A DNA stretch of 64,000 bases from Longimicrobiales bacterium. GTDB taxonomy: Bacteria > Gemmatimonadota > Gemmatimonadetes > Longimicrobiales > Gaopeijiaceae. Under the pieces are notes generated by a model, which saw nothing but the letters and a program-made list of their open reading frames with translations, was not told where the DNA came from and did not search any database. Within the stretch, counting starts at the first letter, position 1; every line of letters starts with the position of its first letter. Position numbers and translations under genes: made by a program. The DNA lies in NCBI GenBank assembly GCA_965219445.1, contig CBDCNQ010000002.1, positions 288,001 through 352,000 of the forward strand. The letters run 5' to 3'. Shown in pieces: positions 32,664 through 42,839 of the stretch.

Positions 32664-33827
32664 ATGATGGTGGGCCACGGCAGCGCGTTCGGCATATTGA
32701 TGGGCGTAGGAATTGGAACGCTCTTCCTCCTTCCAGCCCACGCTTCGGCACAAAGGGGAGTTGATCCACCGGACCCGTGTAGCACAAACGTCCTTTACCT
32801 GTCGGTGTTGGAGGGCCTGATTGCTTGCGCCGAGCAGGGGGACGCCGGAGACCAACACACGCTTGGACTGATGTACGCCAATGGTAATGGCGTCGCGGAG
32901 AACGATGCGGAAGCGGTCCGATGGTTTCGGATGGCCGCCCAGCAAGGACGTGCTTCCGCCCAGCACAACCTTGGACTGATGTACGCCGAGGGTGACGGCG
33001 TTTCCGAAGACGATGGGGAAGCCGTACGCTGGTATCGACAAGCTGCCGAGCAAGGATATGCTCCAGCCCAGGGAGCCCTTGGAGTGATGTACGACAACGG
33101 TGACGGTGTCCCCCAAGACAATGCAGAGGCCATACGCTGGTATCGGCTTTCCGCCGAGCAGAGGTTCGCGGCAGCCCAGTTCAACCTTGGAGTGATGCAC
33201 GAGCAAGGTGACGGCGTCCCGGAGGACGATGGGGAAGCCGTACGCTGGTATCGGCTTGCCGCCGAGCAGGGGTTTGATGAAGCTCAGTTCAACCTTGGAG
33301 TGATGTACGAGCGTGGTGACGGCGTCTCCGAGGACGCTGCCGAGGCCGTACGCTGGTATCGGTTAGCAGCTGGGCAAGCGTATGCTCCAGGCCAGTACAA
33401 CCTTGGAGTGATGTACGCCGCGGGTACCGGCGTCCCGGAGGACGATGGGGAAGCCGTACGCTGGTACCAGCAAGCTGCCGAGCAAGGGTATGCTTTGGCC
33501 CAGTTCAACCTTGGAGTGATGTATAGCCGGGGTGAAGGTGTCCCCGAGGACGATGTCGAGGCCGTACGCTGGTATCGGTTAGCTGCTGAGCAGGGGGATG
33601 CTTTAGCCCAGACCAACCTTGGATTGATGTACGCCAATGGAGACGGCGTCCCGGGGGACCTCGTCTTCGCCTATATGTGGTTCTACCTCTCCGCAGCTCA
33701 AGGAAACGAGACTGCGCAGCGCAACCATGAAGCGATCGAGCAGTCGATGACTCGTGCACAAATCGCCGAAGCGCAAGGGCTTACCCGGGAGTGGATAGCG
33801 ACGCATCCCCAGGACAGGGGCAACTGA
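32664..33827 (+). CDS. secreted Sel1-like repeat protein (8 repeats)
   Basis: Signal peptide; eight 36-aa AEQG..AQ.NLG.MY..G.GV..D..EAVRWY units. Confidence 0.95.
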   Translation: MMVGHGSAFGILMGVGIGTLFLLPAHASAQRGVDPPDPCSTNVLYLSVLEGLIACAEQGDAGDQHTLGLMYANGNGVAENDAEAVRWFRMAAQQGRASAQHNLGLMYAEGDGVSEDDGEAVRWYRQAAEQGYAPAQGALGVMYDNGDGVPQDNAEAIRWYRLSAEQRFAAAQFNLGVMHEQGDGVPEDDGEAVRWYRLAAEQGFDEAQFNLGVMYERGDGVSEDAAEAVRWYRLAAGQAYAPGQYNLGVMYAAGTGVPEDDGEAVRWYQQAAEQGYALAQFNLGVMYSRGEGVPEDDVEAVRWYRLAAEQGDALAQTNLGLMYANGDGVPGDLVFAYMWFYLSAAQGNETAQRNHEAIEQSMTRAQIAEAQGLTREWIATHPQDRGN

Positions 33828-33882
33828 GCAGAAGGCCCTCGGTAGACCGAATTGCGCCACCGGAACCCCATGGAGACGCCCA

Positions 33883-34302
33883 GTGCGAGGATCTATTGAC
33901 ACAGCACTCACGGCTGTCGGCATTTCTCTCTTAGTCGGCTGCAGTGACCCAGTAACTCCGGAGACGGTCGCCGGAACCTATGTGGCGACCACCTTTACTC
34001 TGTCCGGCGCAGTCACAGAGGACGTGCTGGAGGCCGGCGGCAGCCTCACCATTACTTTCGATGCGGGCGGCACGACGTCCGGGAGTCTCTTCCTGCCCGC
34101 CACCTCGTCGGCCAGCGAAGGGGTGGATTTCACTGCAGATATGGCCGGGACGTTCGACCTGACGGACGACGATCGCATCCGCATGGCTCAGGACGCTGAC
34201 AGCTTCGTGCGGGTCCTCAGGTGGAAGGTGGACGGTAATCTGATAAGTGGTAGCAACACGGTTGCGGGTGTGACGGTTACGGTTGTTCTGAGTCGCCAGT
34301 GA
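33883..34302 (+). CDS. putative lipoprotein
   Basis: Lipobox LVGC; beta-rich mature domain. Confidence 0.75.
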   Translation: MRGSIDTALTAVGISLLVGCSDPVTPETVAGTYVATTFTLSGAVTEDVLEAGGSLTITFDAGGTTSGSLFLPATSSASEGVDFTADMAGTFDLTDDDRIRMAQDADSFVRVLRWKVDGNLISGSNTVAGVTVTVVLSRQ

Positions 34303-34328
34303 GAGGGCTCAGCCGGAATCGGGATACT

Positions 34329-35699
34329 CTAAAGGTCGGCCGCTCCGGCCATCCAGCCCGTCATACCATCCGATGATTGCACGTAGAGGTACCCCTCGTA
34401 GCTGCCCAGCACGGCGACATCTGTTCCCGCCTCGACGTCTTCCATCACTGGCGCGATAGGGCTCGGGGAACTGAACAACACGGATCCGCTCTCGACGAAC
34501 TGGTTTCGGAGGGGCTGAACAACCGCCTCCGTCAATCGAGCGGCGACGAAACCGCCCTGACCATTTGGAAGCCGGACGCGATACCAGGACCCCGAGGCGG
34601 CCAGGACACGCAGCGGCGTGGATTCCTCGAGTTCGGCGACGACCTCCGTGCGGGTACTGGGCCCCTCTCTCAGATGAATGCCGCCGTTGACCGTTCGGGT
34701 CCAGGCCCCGACGTACTCCAGTGGAGCGGATGGATCCGGCAGCACCTGCGGCGGCTGAAAGAGATAATAGTACGGATCGACCGAGCCCTGCCGGCGGATG
34801 TAGACGCCGAAGTGGAGATGGGGCGGAGTCGTGCGAGCGTTGCCGGTGTTGCCCACGAAGCCCAAGAGTGTTCCGCGCTGGACATCCATCCCGTCTCGCA
34901 CGACCTGACTGTCGAGGTGGGCGTAGTAGGTCCGGGTCACCTGGTCGGAGTCTCGCACCCAGACCACCTTCCCGCCGATGCGTGTGGTCTCGACCCTGTA
35001 AACCCGCCCGTTGGTCCCGGACAGGACCGGAGTCCCGCGGGGTGCGAAGATGTCGACACCGCGATGATCTCGGCTGCCACCGTCCCGAGAGTCACCGTAG
35101 AAGCTCAAGACGGCTCTCGTGTCCCGCTCGGCCACGGGAAAAGCGATCGACGCGGCAACGCGAAGCTCGATCCGATACCGGCCCCCGTGGAGGAGCTCCG
35201 GTTGCATTCGCACGACGTATTCGGCTCGCCGTGTGGAGACATACTCGAGAGCCTCGGTGAGGGAACCGGAGGACAGGACCGGGAAGGGACTGCTGGAGGC
35301 ATCCTCCGGCATCCGGTACACGTCGATGAACATCCGAAACGGATCTCCTCCGTCCAGGTCCGCTTCGATGGAGAGCCGTTGGCCGCGCCTCAGCTCGACG
35401 CGATAGCTACGAGCCTCGGGGGTCTCGGCAAATAGGAAGCCCTCCTCTTCGAAGGGAAGCGCGATGGTCGGGGCGTCCCTCAGAGATCGCACGGCGGCAC
35501 TCGCCCACTGCGTACCCAGAGCGGTCTCTGTGAGCTTCACGGCACGCAGAGATTCCATGTAGGCTTCGTGAGGGGTCTGGTCACGAAGCTTATTCTGGAT
35601 CTGATCCACCTGATCGCACGCGTTCAACGCAAGAGCGGCCAGGCACACCAAGGCCGTCCATCCCGAGCACGGAGCGTTCACGTTCCTCAGAGGCTTCAT
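34329..35699 (-). CDS. M23 peptidase lipoprotein with SH3b domains
   Basis: LNAC lipobox; HRGVDI, YYAHL, PPHLHFG; SH3b-like segment LREGPST...WYRV. Confidence 0.92.
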   Translation of the reverse strand: MKPLRNVNAPCSGWTALVCLAALALNACDQVDQIQNKLRDQTPHEAYMESLRAVKLTETALGTQWASAAVRSLRDAPTIALPFEEEGFLFAETPEARSYRVELRRGQRLSIEADLDGGDPFRMFIDVYRMPEDASSSPFPVLSSGSLTEALEYVSTRRAEYVVRMQPELLHGGRYRIELRVAASIAFPVAERDTRAVLSFYGDSRDGGSRDHRGVDIFAPRGTPVLSGTNGRVYRVETTRIGGKVVWVRDSDQVTRTYYAHLDSQVVRDGMDVQRGTLLGFVGNTGNARTTPPHLHFGVYIRRQGSVDPYYYLFQPPQVLPDPSAPLEYVGAWTRTVNGGIHLREGPSTRTEVVAELEESTPLRVLAASGSWYRVRLPNGQGGFVAARLTEAVVQPLRNQFVESGSVLFSSPSPIAPVMEDVEAGTDVAVLGSYEGYLYVQSSDGMTGWMAGAADL

Positions 35700-35840
35700 C
35701 TTGATACGGCCCTCTACATCAATTCGGTTAAAGGATCTATTCGGACGGTGGGTAACTTTCATCGCCTTCTACAAAAATTCAACCGTATCCACGAAATTCC
35801 TATAACTTCGGTCCTTCCCCTCGCTCCACGGTGCAATCCC

Positions 35841-37112
35841 TTGGTACGAATCGCTGGAATAGAATCCGGTAGCGTCGCCGAAGATCTCCACTTGGAGATC
35901 GGTACGCGCATCATCCGAATCAACGGGCAACGAGTGCGCGACGGCATCGACCTCACGTTCCTCCTGGCCGACACGAAGCTCGAGCTTGAGACGTTGGGCC
36001 CCGAAGGTCAAGCGGCCCTTTACGACATCGAGCGAGAGCCGGGCGAACCGGTCGGAATTATCCCGGCCCCGGACACGATTCGGGAGTGCGGGAACAAGTG
36101 TGTCTTCTGTTTCATCGATGGAAATCCGCAAGACGTGCGGGAGAGCCTGTGGCTGCGTGACGACGACTTCCGTCTTTCCTTTACGTACGGAAACTACGTG
36201 ACGCTGACGAACCTGGGCCCGAAAGGGCTGGAGCGTCTGGTGGAGCAGCGTATCAGTCCGCTCTACGTGAGCGTCCATGCCACGGAGCCCGAGGTCCGGA
36301 TCCGACTGTTGGTCAACGATCGCGCGGGTTTGATCATGGAGCAGCTTCGCTACCTGACCGACAATGGTTTGGACGTTCACACACAAGTCGTGCTTTGTCC
36401 GGAATGGAACGATGGGGCGCATCTGGACCGGTCCATGGAGGACCTCCACGGCCTCGGTGAGGGCGTCCTGTCGCTCTCGGTGGTGCCCGTTGGACTCACG
36501 AAGTACAACCTCGGGCGTCCCGTCCGCCCACTCACGAGAGACGAGGCCCGGGGCGCCATCGAACAGGTGGACCGATTCCGTGAAACGGCGATGCGGGACC
36601 GTGGTATCGGTTGGTGTTACGCGGCGGATGAGCTCTATCTGATCGCCCAGCAGGACCTTCCGGAAGACGCTTACTACGACGAGGGAGCTCTGACCGAGAA
36701 CGGCGTGGGGGCGCTCAACGGTTTCATGCGCCAGTTCGAGGAAGGCTTGGACGGCGTCCCCGAACTCCCGTACCGGAGAATACGAGTCGTCACAGGGCGT
36801 TCGATGGCACCCTTCTTCCAGGAAAGGGCAGAGCGGCTCGCTGAGGCGACCCATGCTGAGATAGACGTAGTCACGGTCGTGAACGACTTCTACGGAGAAA
36901 GTGTGACAGTCGCGGGACTCCTTTCCGGTGGCGATATCCAGGCGAGCCTGGGCGAGCCCGCGGCAGACGAACTGCTTCTTCTTCCCGCAGAGGCAGTCAA
37001 CGCGGACGGGCTGTTCATCGACAGCATGCCGTTGAGCGAACTGACGACTGCCTTGTCTCCCGCCGCGGTCGTGACCGGCTACGAGATCACCGAGTGCCTC
37101 AAGGGTCTTTAA
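35841..37112 (+). CDS. PDZ + DUF512 radical-SAM-like Fe-S protein
   Basis: CGNKCVFCFIDG, DDDFRLSF, LYVSVHAT, ENGVG; commonly found upstream of der. Confidence 0.9.
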   Translation: MVRIAGIESGSVAEDLHLEIGTRIIRINGQRVRDGIDLTFLLADTKLELETLGPEGQAALYDIEREPGEPVGIIPAPDTIRECGNKCVFCFIDGNPQDVRESLWLRDDDFRLSFTYGNYVTLTNLGPKGLERLVEQRISPLYVSVHATEPEVRIRLLVNDRAGLIMEQLRYLTDNGLDVHTQVVLCPEWNDGAHLDRSMEDLHGLGEGVLSLSVVPVGLTKYNLGRPVRPLTRDEARGAIEQVDRFRETAMRDRGIGWCYAADELYLIAQQDLPEDAYYDEGALTENGVGALNGFMRQFEEGLDGVPELPYRRIRVVTGRSMAPFFQERAERLAEATHAEIDVVTVVNDFYGESVTVAGLLSGGDIQASLGEPAADELLLLPAEAVNADGLFIDSMPLSELTTALSPAAVVTGYEITECLKGL

Positions 37113-37163
37113 GCACGGCGATGTACGAGCGCGACGACACGTGGGTTAAGGACGGCGCGGGCG

Positions 37164-38507
37164 ATGAGTAAGGGCGGGCAGGCGAGCGGGCAGGCCAAGG
37201 GGATTCCGGTCGTCGCGGTCGTGGGCCGGCCCAACGTGGGCAAATCCACGTTTTTCAACCGGGTGATCGGCGGTCGCGTGGCTATCGTCGACGGCCGTCC
37301 GGGGGTCACCCGTGACCGAAACTTTGCGAAGGCCGATTGGGCGGGACGCCGCTTCTTCCTTGTCGATACGGGAGGAATTATCGAGGGAAGTGTCGAACCG
37401 CTGGACCGGGCGATCCGGGAGCAGGCCTATGCCGCGGTCCAGGAAGCGGACGTGATCCTTTTTCTCGTGGACGGCGAGGCCGGGATCCACCCACTCGACG
37501 AGCGCTTGGCAGGGATCCTCCGGAAGAGTGGTCCACCGGTGCTCCTGGTCGTCAACAAGATGGACAACCTCCCACGCGACTCTGGGCATCTGGATTTCTG
37601 GAGGCTGGGGATGGGCGATCCCTTGCCCGTGAGCGCCATCTCGGGAAAGGGCTCAGGCGACCTGCTCGACGCCATCGTCGCCAAGCTTCCCGAACACCGG
37701 GACACTCCGGAGGAGGAGGGTGTGATCCGGGTCGCGGTCGTCGGCAAGCCCAACGTGGGCAAATCGAGTTTCGTGAACCGGCTCTTCGGTGAAGAGCGAA
37801 CGGTGGTCAGCGAAGTCGCCGGAACGACGCGGGATCCGGTGGACAGCCAAATGCAGTATCACGACAATACAATCGTTTTCGTGGACACGGCCGGCTTGCG
37901 CCGCCAGTCAAAGGTGAAGGACTCCCTCGAGTATTATTCCGCCCTCCGGACGGCCAAAGTCGTGAGGGAGACCGACGTGTGCCTGGTCCTCGTCGATGCC
38001 ACGGAGCCGATCCACGTGCAGGACGTCAAGGTGGTGGAGCAGGCCTGGGAGGCGGGCGCCGGCGTCATTCTGGTCGCCAACAAATGGGACCTGGTCGACA
38101 AGGACCATATGACGGCGGCCCAGTTCGAAAAGGATCTCCGCCTGCGGGCTCCATTCCTCAAGTGGGTGCCTGTCGTGTTCACGTCGGCCCTGTCGGGCCA
38201 GCGCGTCCGGAAATGCCTCGACCTGATCCTCGAGGTTCAAGATGTGCGGCACGAACGCATCCCGACGGCTGAGGTCAATCAGGCGCTCGCAGCGCTGCTG
38301 CGACATCAGCCCCCACCTCATAGCAGGGGTCGCCGAGTGAAGCTTCGGTACGGCACACAGGTATCCACGGCGCCCCCCACGTTCGTGTTCTTCGCCAATC
38401 TCCCGAAGGCCCTGCCCGAGCACTACATTCGCTACGTCCACAACAGCCTCCGTGACCGTTGGGGATTCGTGGGGAGTCCTGTACGGGTTCGCTTCAGGGA
38501 GAACTGA
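37164..38507 (+). CDS. der: ribosome biogenesis GTPase Der
   Basis: Tandem GTPase domains (GRPNVGKST, GKPNVGKSS) and C-terminal KH-like domain. Confidence 0.97.
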   Translation: MSKGGQASGQAKGIPVVAVVGRPNVGKSTFFNRVIGGRVAIVDGRPGVTRDRNFAKADWAGRRFFLVDTGGIIEGSVEPLDRAIREQAYAAVQEADVILFLVDGEAGIHPLDERLAGILRKSGPPVLLVVNKMDNLPRDSGHLDFWRLGMGDPLPVSAISGKGSGDLLDAIVAKLPEHRDTPEEEGVIRVAVVGKPNVGKSSFVNRLFGEERTVVSEVAGTTRDPVDSQMQYHDNTIVFVDTAGLRRQSKVKDSLEYYSALRTAKVVRETDVCLVLVDATEPIHVQDVKVVEQAWEAGAGVILVANKWDLVDKDHMTAAQFEKDLRLRAPFLKWVPVVFTSALSGQRVRKCLDLILEVQDVRHERIPTAEVNQALAALLRHQPPPHSRGRRVKLRYGTQVSTAPPTFVFFANLPKALPEHYIRYVHNSLRDRWGFVGSPVRVRFREN

Positions 38508-38512
38508 TCCAC

Positions 38513-39190
38513 ATGAGCCCCTTCGTGCTCCTGGCTCTGGCGTACGGTGCCGGCGCGACGCCGACGAGCTTCTGGCTGGGGCGAGTCGTGTACGGGGTGG
38601 ATCTACGCACGGAGGGGAGTGGCAACCTCGGAGGCACCAACGCCTTCCGGGTGCTCGGGTGGAAGGCGGCGCTTCCGGTGATGCTGGTCGACATCGGGAA
38701 GGGATGGCTCCCGGTCTGGTATTTTCCGCAAATCCAGCCCGCGACGTCCCCGTCGACCTGGGCTCTGGCCTATGGTGGAGCGGCGGTCCTCGGACACGTC
38801 TTTTCGTTTTGGGTGGCGTTCAAGGGGGGGAAGGGAATCGCGACGAGCGGCGGTGTCGTCCTGGGCCTCGCGCCCGTCGCGGTGGCCGTGTGCCTCGGAG
38901 TATGGCTCGGCGTCGTCTCGCTGACGCGCATCGTCTCGTTGGCCTCGTTGAGCGCGGCGCTCACCTTGCCCGTAGTCGTCTATCTGCTGCCGGGGCGAGA
39001 GGGAAGGACCATGGTTTGGTTCGCGGGCGCCCTCAGTGTTTTCGTGGTCTGGTCGCACCGCTCGAACATCAAACGCCTCCTGCGTGGGGAAGAGACCTCC
39101 TTCCGGAAGGCCGAGCCGGAGCACGCTCCAGAGCGTGGGCCTGAACCTGGTCCCGAGCGTGGTCCTGAGCCAGGTGAAAACCGGGCGTGA
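38513..39190 (+). CDS. plsY: glycerol-3-phosphate acyltransferase PlsY
   Basis: GSGNLGGTN, FKGGKGIAT, HRSNIKRL. Confidence 0.95.
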   Translation: MSPFVLLALAYGAGATPTSFWLGRVVYGVDLRTEGSGNLGGTNAFRVLGWKAALPVMLVDIGKGWLPVWYFPQIQPATSPSTWALAYGGAAVLGHVFSFWVAFKGGKGIATSGGVVLGLAPVAVAVCLGVWLGVVSLTRIVSLASLSAALTLPVVVYLLPGREGRTMVWFAGALSVFVVWSHRSNIKRLLRGEETSFRKAEPEHAPERGPEPGPERGPEPGENRA

Positions 39191-40194
39191 GCCGCGTCGC
39201 AGTGGTGGGCGCGGGAAGCTGGGGAACGGCGCTTTCGGCTATCCTCTCAAAAAAAGGGCACGACGTGTACCTGTGGGCCTTCGAGCCCGAAGTGGCTGAG
39301 CAGATTACCCGGAGCAGGGAGAATGTCTCATACATGCCCGGCATCCACCTTCCCGAAAACCTGAAAAGCACGACGGATCTGGCGACGGCCGTTCGGGGAG
39401 CCGAAATCGTCGTATCGGTGAGCCCCGCCCAGTTCGTGGGAGCCGTGATGACAAAAGCGGCTCCTCATATCGAAGAGGAGGCCCTGGTCGTCAGCGCCTC
39501 GAAGGGCATCGAACTAACGACGCTCCGCCGAATGGACGAGGTCATGACGGACATTCTGAGCCCTACACAATTCGACGGATTCACGGTGCTCTCGGGACCC
39601 AGCTTCGCCTTGGAGGTCGCAAAGCAGATTCCGACCGCCGTGGTTGCGGCGAGCGACAGCGCAGATGCCGCGTTGGCCGTGCAAGACTTGTTTCAGACCG
39701 AATGTTTCCGCGTGTACACCGGAAGTGATGTCATTGGCGTGGAGCTAGGCGGGGCACTGAAGAACGTCATCGCGCTCGCAGCAGGACTCGCGGCCGGCCT
39801 TGGGTGTGGCCATAACACGCTTGCCGCGCTCATCACGCGTGGCCTCGCGGAGATGCGCCGTCTCGGCGTCGCCATGGGTGCCCAGGCGTCGACGTTTTCA
39901 GGCCTCGCGGGCATGGGTGACCTCGTCCTCACCTGCACTGGGACTTTGAGCCGAAACCGCACGGTCGGCTGTCGTCTCGGTCAGGGAGAGACCCTCGAGA
40001 GCATCCTCGGGGAAATGTCGGCTGTCGCGGAGGGGGTCGCGACCGCGCACGCTGTACATGATCTCGCCGCCCAGTATGGGGTAGAGATGCCGATCGCCGA
40101 AGAGGTGTTCGGAATATTGACCCTGGGCACCGATCCGAAGCGGGCGATCAAGAACCTCATGGAGAGAGATCCCAGGCCTGAAGACTCCTTTTGA
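39187..40194 (+). CDS. gpsA: NAD(P)H-dependent glycerol-3-phosphate dehydrogenase
   Basis: GAGSWGTA, SGPSFA, GALKNV, GDLVLTC..SRN. Confidence 0.96.
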   Translation: MSRVAVVGAGSWGTALSAILSKKGHDVYLWAFEPEVAEQITRSRENVSYMPGIHLPENLKSTTDLATAVRGAEIVVSVSPAQFVGAVMTKAAPHIEEEALVVSASKGIELTTLRRMDEVMTDILSPTQFDGFTVLSGPSFALEVAKQIPTAVVAASDSADAALAVQDLFQTECFRVYTGSDVIGVELGGALKNVIALAAGLAAGLGCGHNTLAALITRGLAEMRRLGVAMGAQASTFSGLAGMGDLVLTCTGTLSRNRTVGCRLGQGETLESILGEMSAVAEGVATAHAVHDLAAQYGVEMPIAEEVFGILTLGTDPKRAIKNLMERDPRPEDSF

Positions 40195-40233
40195 GGAAGC
40201 AGTTGCCCAAGATCGAATTCGCACCGCGAACTA

Positions 40234-40298
40234 GAGAGGATTGGATACGCAGAGAGAATTGACGCCGAGAGGTTGACGCAGAGAGGATTGAATACGCA
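40234..40298 (+). repeat. four tandem imperfect 14-18 bp repeats
   Basis: GAGAGGATTGGATACGCA / GAGAGAATTGACGCC / GAGAGGTTGACGCA / GAGAGGATTGAATACGCA. Confidence 0.8.
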
Positions 40299-40675
40299 TG
40301 GACACGGACGAACCCATCGCAAAAAAGGCGTACTACTCGATCGGTGAGGTCTGCGATCTGACCGGTTTGAAGCCACACGTCCTACGCTACTGGGAGACCC
40401 AGTTCGAGCTTCTTCACCCTACGAAGAACCGAGCCGGCAATAGGGTCTTCCGCCCCAAAGAGATCGAGTTGATCCTTCTCGTCAAGCACCTCCTTTACGA
40501 AAGGAAGTTCACGATCGACGGCGCTCGGCAACGGCTCTTGGACATGCGAAAGGGCGGTGAAATTGCCGAGGGCGGAAGAGACGCTGTGAGCAGGGATTTC
40601 CTCACGGGCATGAAGCAGGAGCTGCTACAAGTGAAGGAGGTATTGGCCGCGCCGCCCAGTCGTCTGAATTCCTGA
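40298..40675 (+). CDS. MerR-family transcriptional regulator
   Basis: YYSIGEVC..LKPHVLRYWE HTH; FTIDGAR. Confidence 0.92.
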   Translation: MDTDEPIAKKAYYSIGEVCDLTGLKPHVLRYWETQFELLHPTKNRAGNRVFRPKEIELILLVKHLLYERKFTIDGARQRLLDMRKGGEIAEGGRDAVSRDFLTGMKQELLQVKEVLAAPPSRLNS

Positions 40676-41424
40676 TGCGAATTCTCTGCACCAACGACGA
40701 CGGATACCTGGCAGTAGGCATTGGGGTCCTCGCCTCCGCAGCCAAAGGGCTCGGTTCGGTTACCCTCGTGGCTCCGGACCGGGAGCAGAGCGCAACCAGC
40801 AACTCGCTCACGCTCCATCATCCGCTGCGCGTGCGCCGTTCGGTGGACGGAGCCCTGGTCGTGGATGGGACGCCGACGGACTGTGTCATCCTTGCGATCA
40901 ACGAACTCATGGACCGGCGCCCGGACTACTGCTTCTCCGGGATCAACCACGGGGCCAATATGGGGGAGGACGTTCTCTACTCGGGGACGGTGGCGGGGGC
41001 GATGGAAGCCACGGTGATCGGCATCCCGTCGATCGCGATTTCCTACGCTGGTGATGCGTTCGAGAACCTGGCCTCCTGGGAGGACGTGGTCACCTCTGTG
41101 CTCCGTGGAATCATCGAAAGAGACGACTTTCCGGCCGACACTTTTTTCAACGTCAATCTCCCCCCGATCGATCCGGCGCAGGTCAAGGGCGTACGAATCA
41201 CGTCGCTCGGTAAGCGGCGATACAGCGACAGCTTGACCAAGGCCGTCGATCCGTCCGGCCGGGATTACTACTGGATCGGGGGTGGAGAAGTCAGCTGGAC
41301 GGTGGCGGAGGATTCCGACTTCACGGCCATCCGAGAGGGGTACGTCTCGGTCACCCCACTCCACCTCGATCTCACCAACTACAAGCTCCTCGAGGAGATC
41401 CGCGGATGGCGGTTGAGCCTCTAG
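40675..41424 (+). CDS. surE: 5'/3'-nucleotidase SurE
   Basis: NDDG, GTPTDCV, SGINHGAN, YSGTV, VSVTPL. Confidence 0.96.
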   Translation: MRILCTNDDGYLAVGIGVLASAAKGLGSVTLVAPDREQSATSNSLTLHHPLRVRRSVDGALVVDGTPTDCVILAINELMDRRPDYCFSGINHGANMGEDVLYSGTVAGAMEATVIGIPSIAISYAGDAFENLASWEDVVTSVLRGIIERDDFPADTFFNVNLPPIDPAQVKGVRITSLGKRRYSDSLTKAVDPSGRDYYWIGGGEVSWTVAEDSDFTAIREGYVSVTPLHLDLTNYKLLEEIRGWRLSL

Positions 41425-42092
41425 ACGAGCGCAGTTTCGCCGGATACCGGCGGAAGCTCATAGAGCAGATCCGCGGGCGGGGGATCGACGATCTGGCGAT
41501 CCTTCAGCTCTTCGATCACGTTCCCCGGCATCTTTTCCTGCCCGAGGGCGTGTGGCCCAGGGCCTACGAAGATGCACCGATCCCGATCGGATACGGTCAG
41601 ACAGCGTCCCAACCGTCGCTTCAGGCCCTTTACCTCTCGCTCCTCGACATCACCCCCGACGACAGGGTGCTGGAAATCGGGACGGGGAGCGGCTTCCTCA
41701 CGGGCCTGCTGGCGCTCACGGCCGACCGTGTCTACTCGGTCGAGCGGATCCGAGAACTCTCTGTTCGGGCGCGGGCCGCGCTGGACCAGATGGGGGTCAA
41801 GAACGTTGCGCTGATGGTGGGGGACGGCACGATCGGCTGGCGGAAGTATGCCCCATTCGACGTCATCGTGGTCTCGGCCGCGTCTCCCTCCGTACCGCCG
41901 GCACTCATCGACCAGTTGGCCGAGGGCGGGCGCATGCTCATCCCGGTTGGAACTCGAGAGCGGCAGGAATTGGTGCTGGTCCGGCGGGAGGACGGTGAAA
42001 TCCATCAGGAATTCCTTCACGGCGAATGCACCTTCGTACCCCTTCTCGGGCGCTTCGCGTGGGCCTCGGACACGTCGGAGGACGCCACTTGA
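41406..42092 (+). CDS. pcm: protein-L-isoaspartate O-methyltransferase
   Basis: IGYGQTASQP, VLEIGTGSG, APFDVI, FVPL; follows surE. Confidence 0.95.
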   Translation: MAVEPLDERSFAGYRRKLIEQIRGRGIDDLAILQLFDHVPRHLFLPEGVWPRAYEDAPIPIGYGQTASQPSLQALYLSLLDITPDDRVLEIGTGSGFLTGLLALTADRVYSVERIRELSVRARAALDQMGVKNVALMVGDGTIGWRKYAPFDVIVVSAASPSVPPALIDQLAEGGRMLIPVGTRERQELVLVRREDGEIHQEFLHGECTFVPLLGRFAWASDTSEDAT

Positions 42093-42733
42093 CCGACCCG
42101 GCCTCCAAGGGCCTCGCCACCGCCGCTCATCCCAGGGCGCCAGGGTGGGTACGCCGACTGTATGACTGGGTCTTGCACTGGGCCGACACGCCCTATGGCC
42201 TCCAGGCGTTGGCCGTCCTCGCTCTCGTTGAGTCATCCGTCTTCCCCATCCCACCGGATCCGCTCCTCATCGCGCTTTGCCTCGGTGCCGCCGCTCGGGC
42301 GCTTCGTTTTGCGGCGGTCGCGACCGTCGCGTCGGTATTGGGTGGGGTGCTCGGCTATGGCATCGGCGCCCTGGTGTGGAGCTCGGCGTCCGGCTTCTTT
42401 TTCGAGTACGTTCCGGGTGTGACCCCTGAGGCGTTCGCCACGGTGCAGGGCCTCTACGATCGTTGGAACTTTTGGGCCGTTTTCGTAGCCGGACTGACCC
42501 CGATCCCCTACAAGGTTTTCACGATCTCTGCCGGTGTCTTCGTGATCAACTTTCCCGTGTTCGTATTCGCCAGCACCCTGAGCCGCGGACTCCGCTTCTT
42601 TTTCATGGCGGGCCTGATTTACCACTACGGGGAGCCGATCCGCTCGTTCATCGACCGTTATTTCAATCTCCTCACCTGGATCTTCGGCCTACTACTCGTT
42701 CTGGGCTTCGTACTGATCGAGGTCGTCCTGTAG
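42089..42733 (+). CDS. YqaA/DedA-family membrane protein
   Basis: ESSVFPIPPD, TPIPYKVFTI, SRGLRFF. Confidence 0.9.
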   Translation: MTDPASKGLATAAHPRAPGWVRRLYDWVLHWADTPYGLQALAVLALVESSVFPIPPDPLLIALCLGAAARALRFAAVATVASVLGGVLGYGIGALVWSSASGFFFEYVPGVTPEAFATVQGLYDRWNFWAVFVAGLTPIPYKVFTISAGVFVINFPVFVFASTLSRGLRFFFMAGLIYHYGEPIRSFIDRYFNLLTWIFGLLLVLGFVLIEVVL

Positions 42734-42839
42734 TCTAGAAATACATCTGTTTACGCTTTCCTAGAGCACCCCTATATTGCAACAGTCGGTCTCGATTCCG
42801 ATCCCGCCAGCGGGAGCAAATAAAGGGCGCGGTGCTAAA

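Noticed and set aside
32830..33700. Regularly spaced DNA repeats as a possible CRISPR array
   Set aside because: The period is 108 bp, in frame, and encodes Sel1 repeats; there are no unique spacers or cas genes.
39128..39175. PERGPEPG duplicated at the PlsY C-terminus
   Set aside because: A 24-bp imperfect duplication in a disordered tail; no evidence of function.
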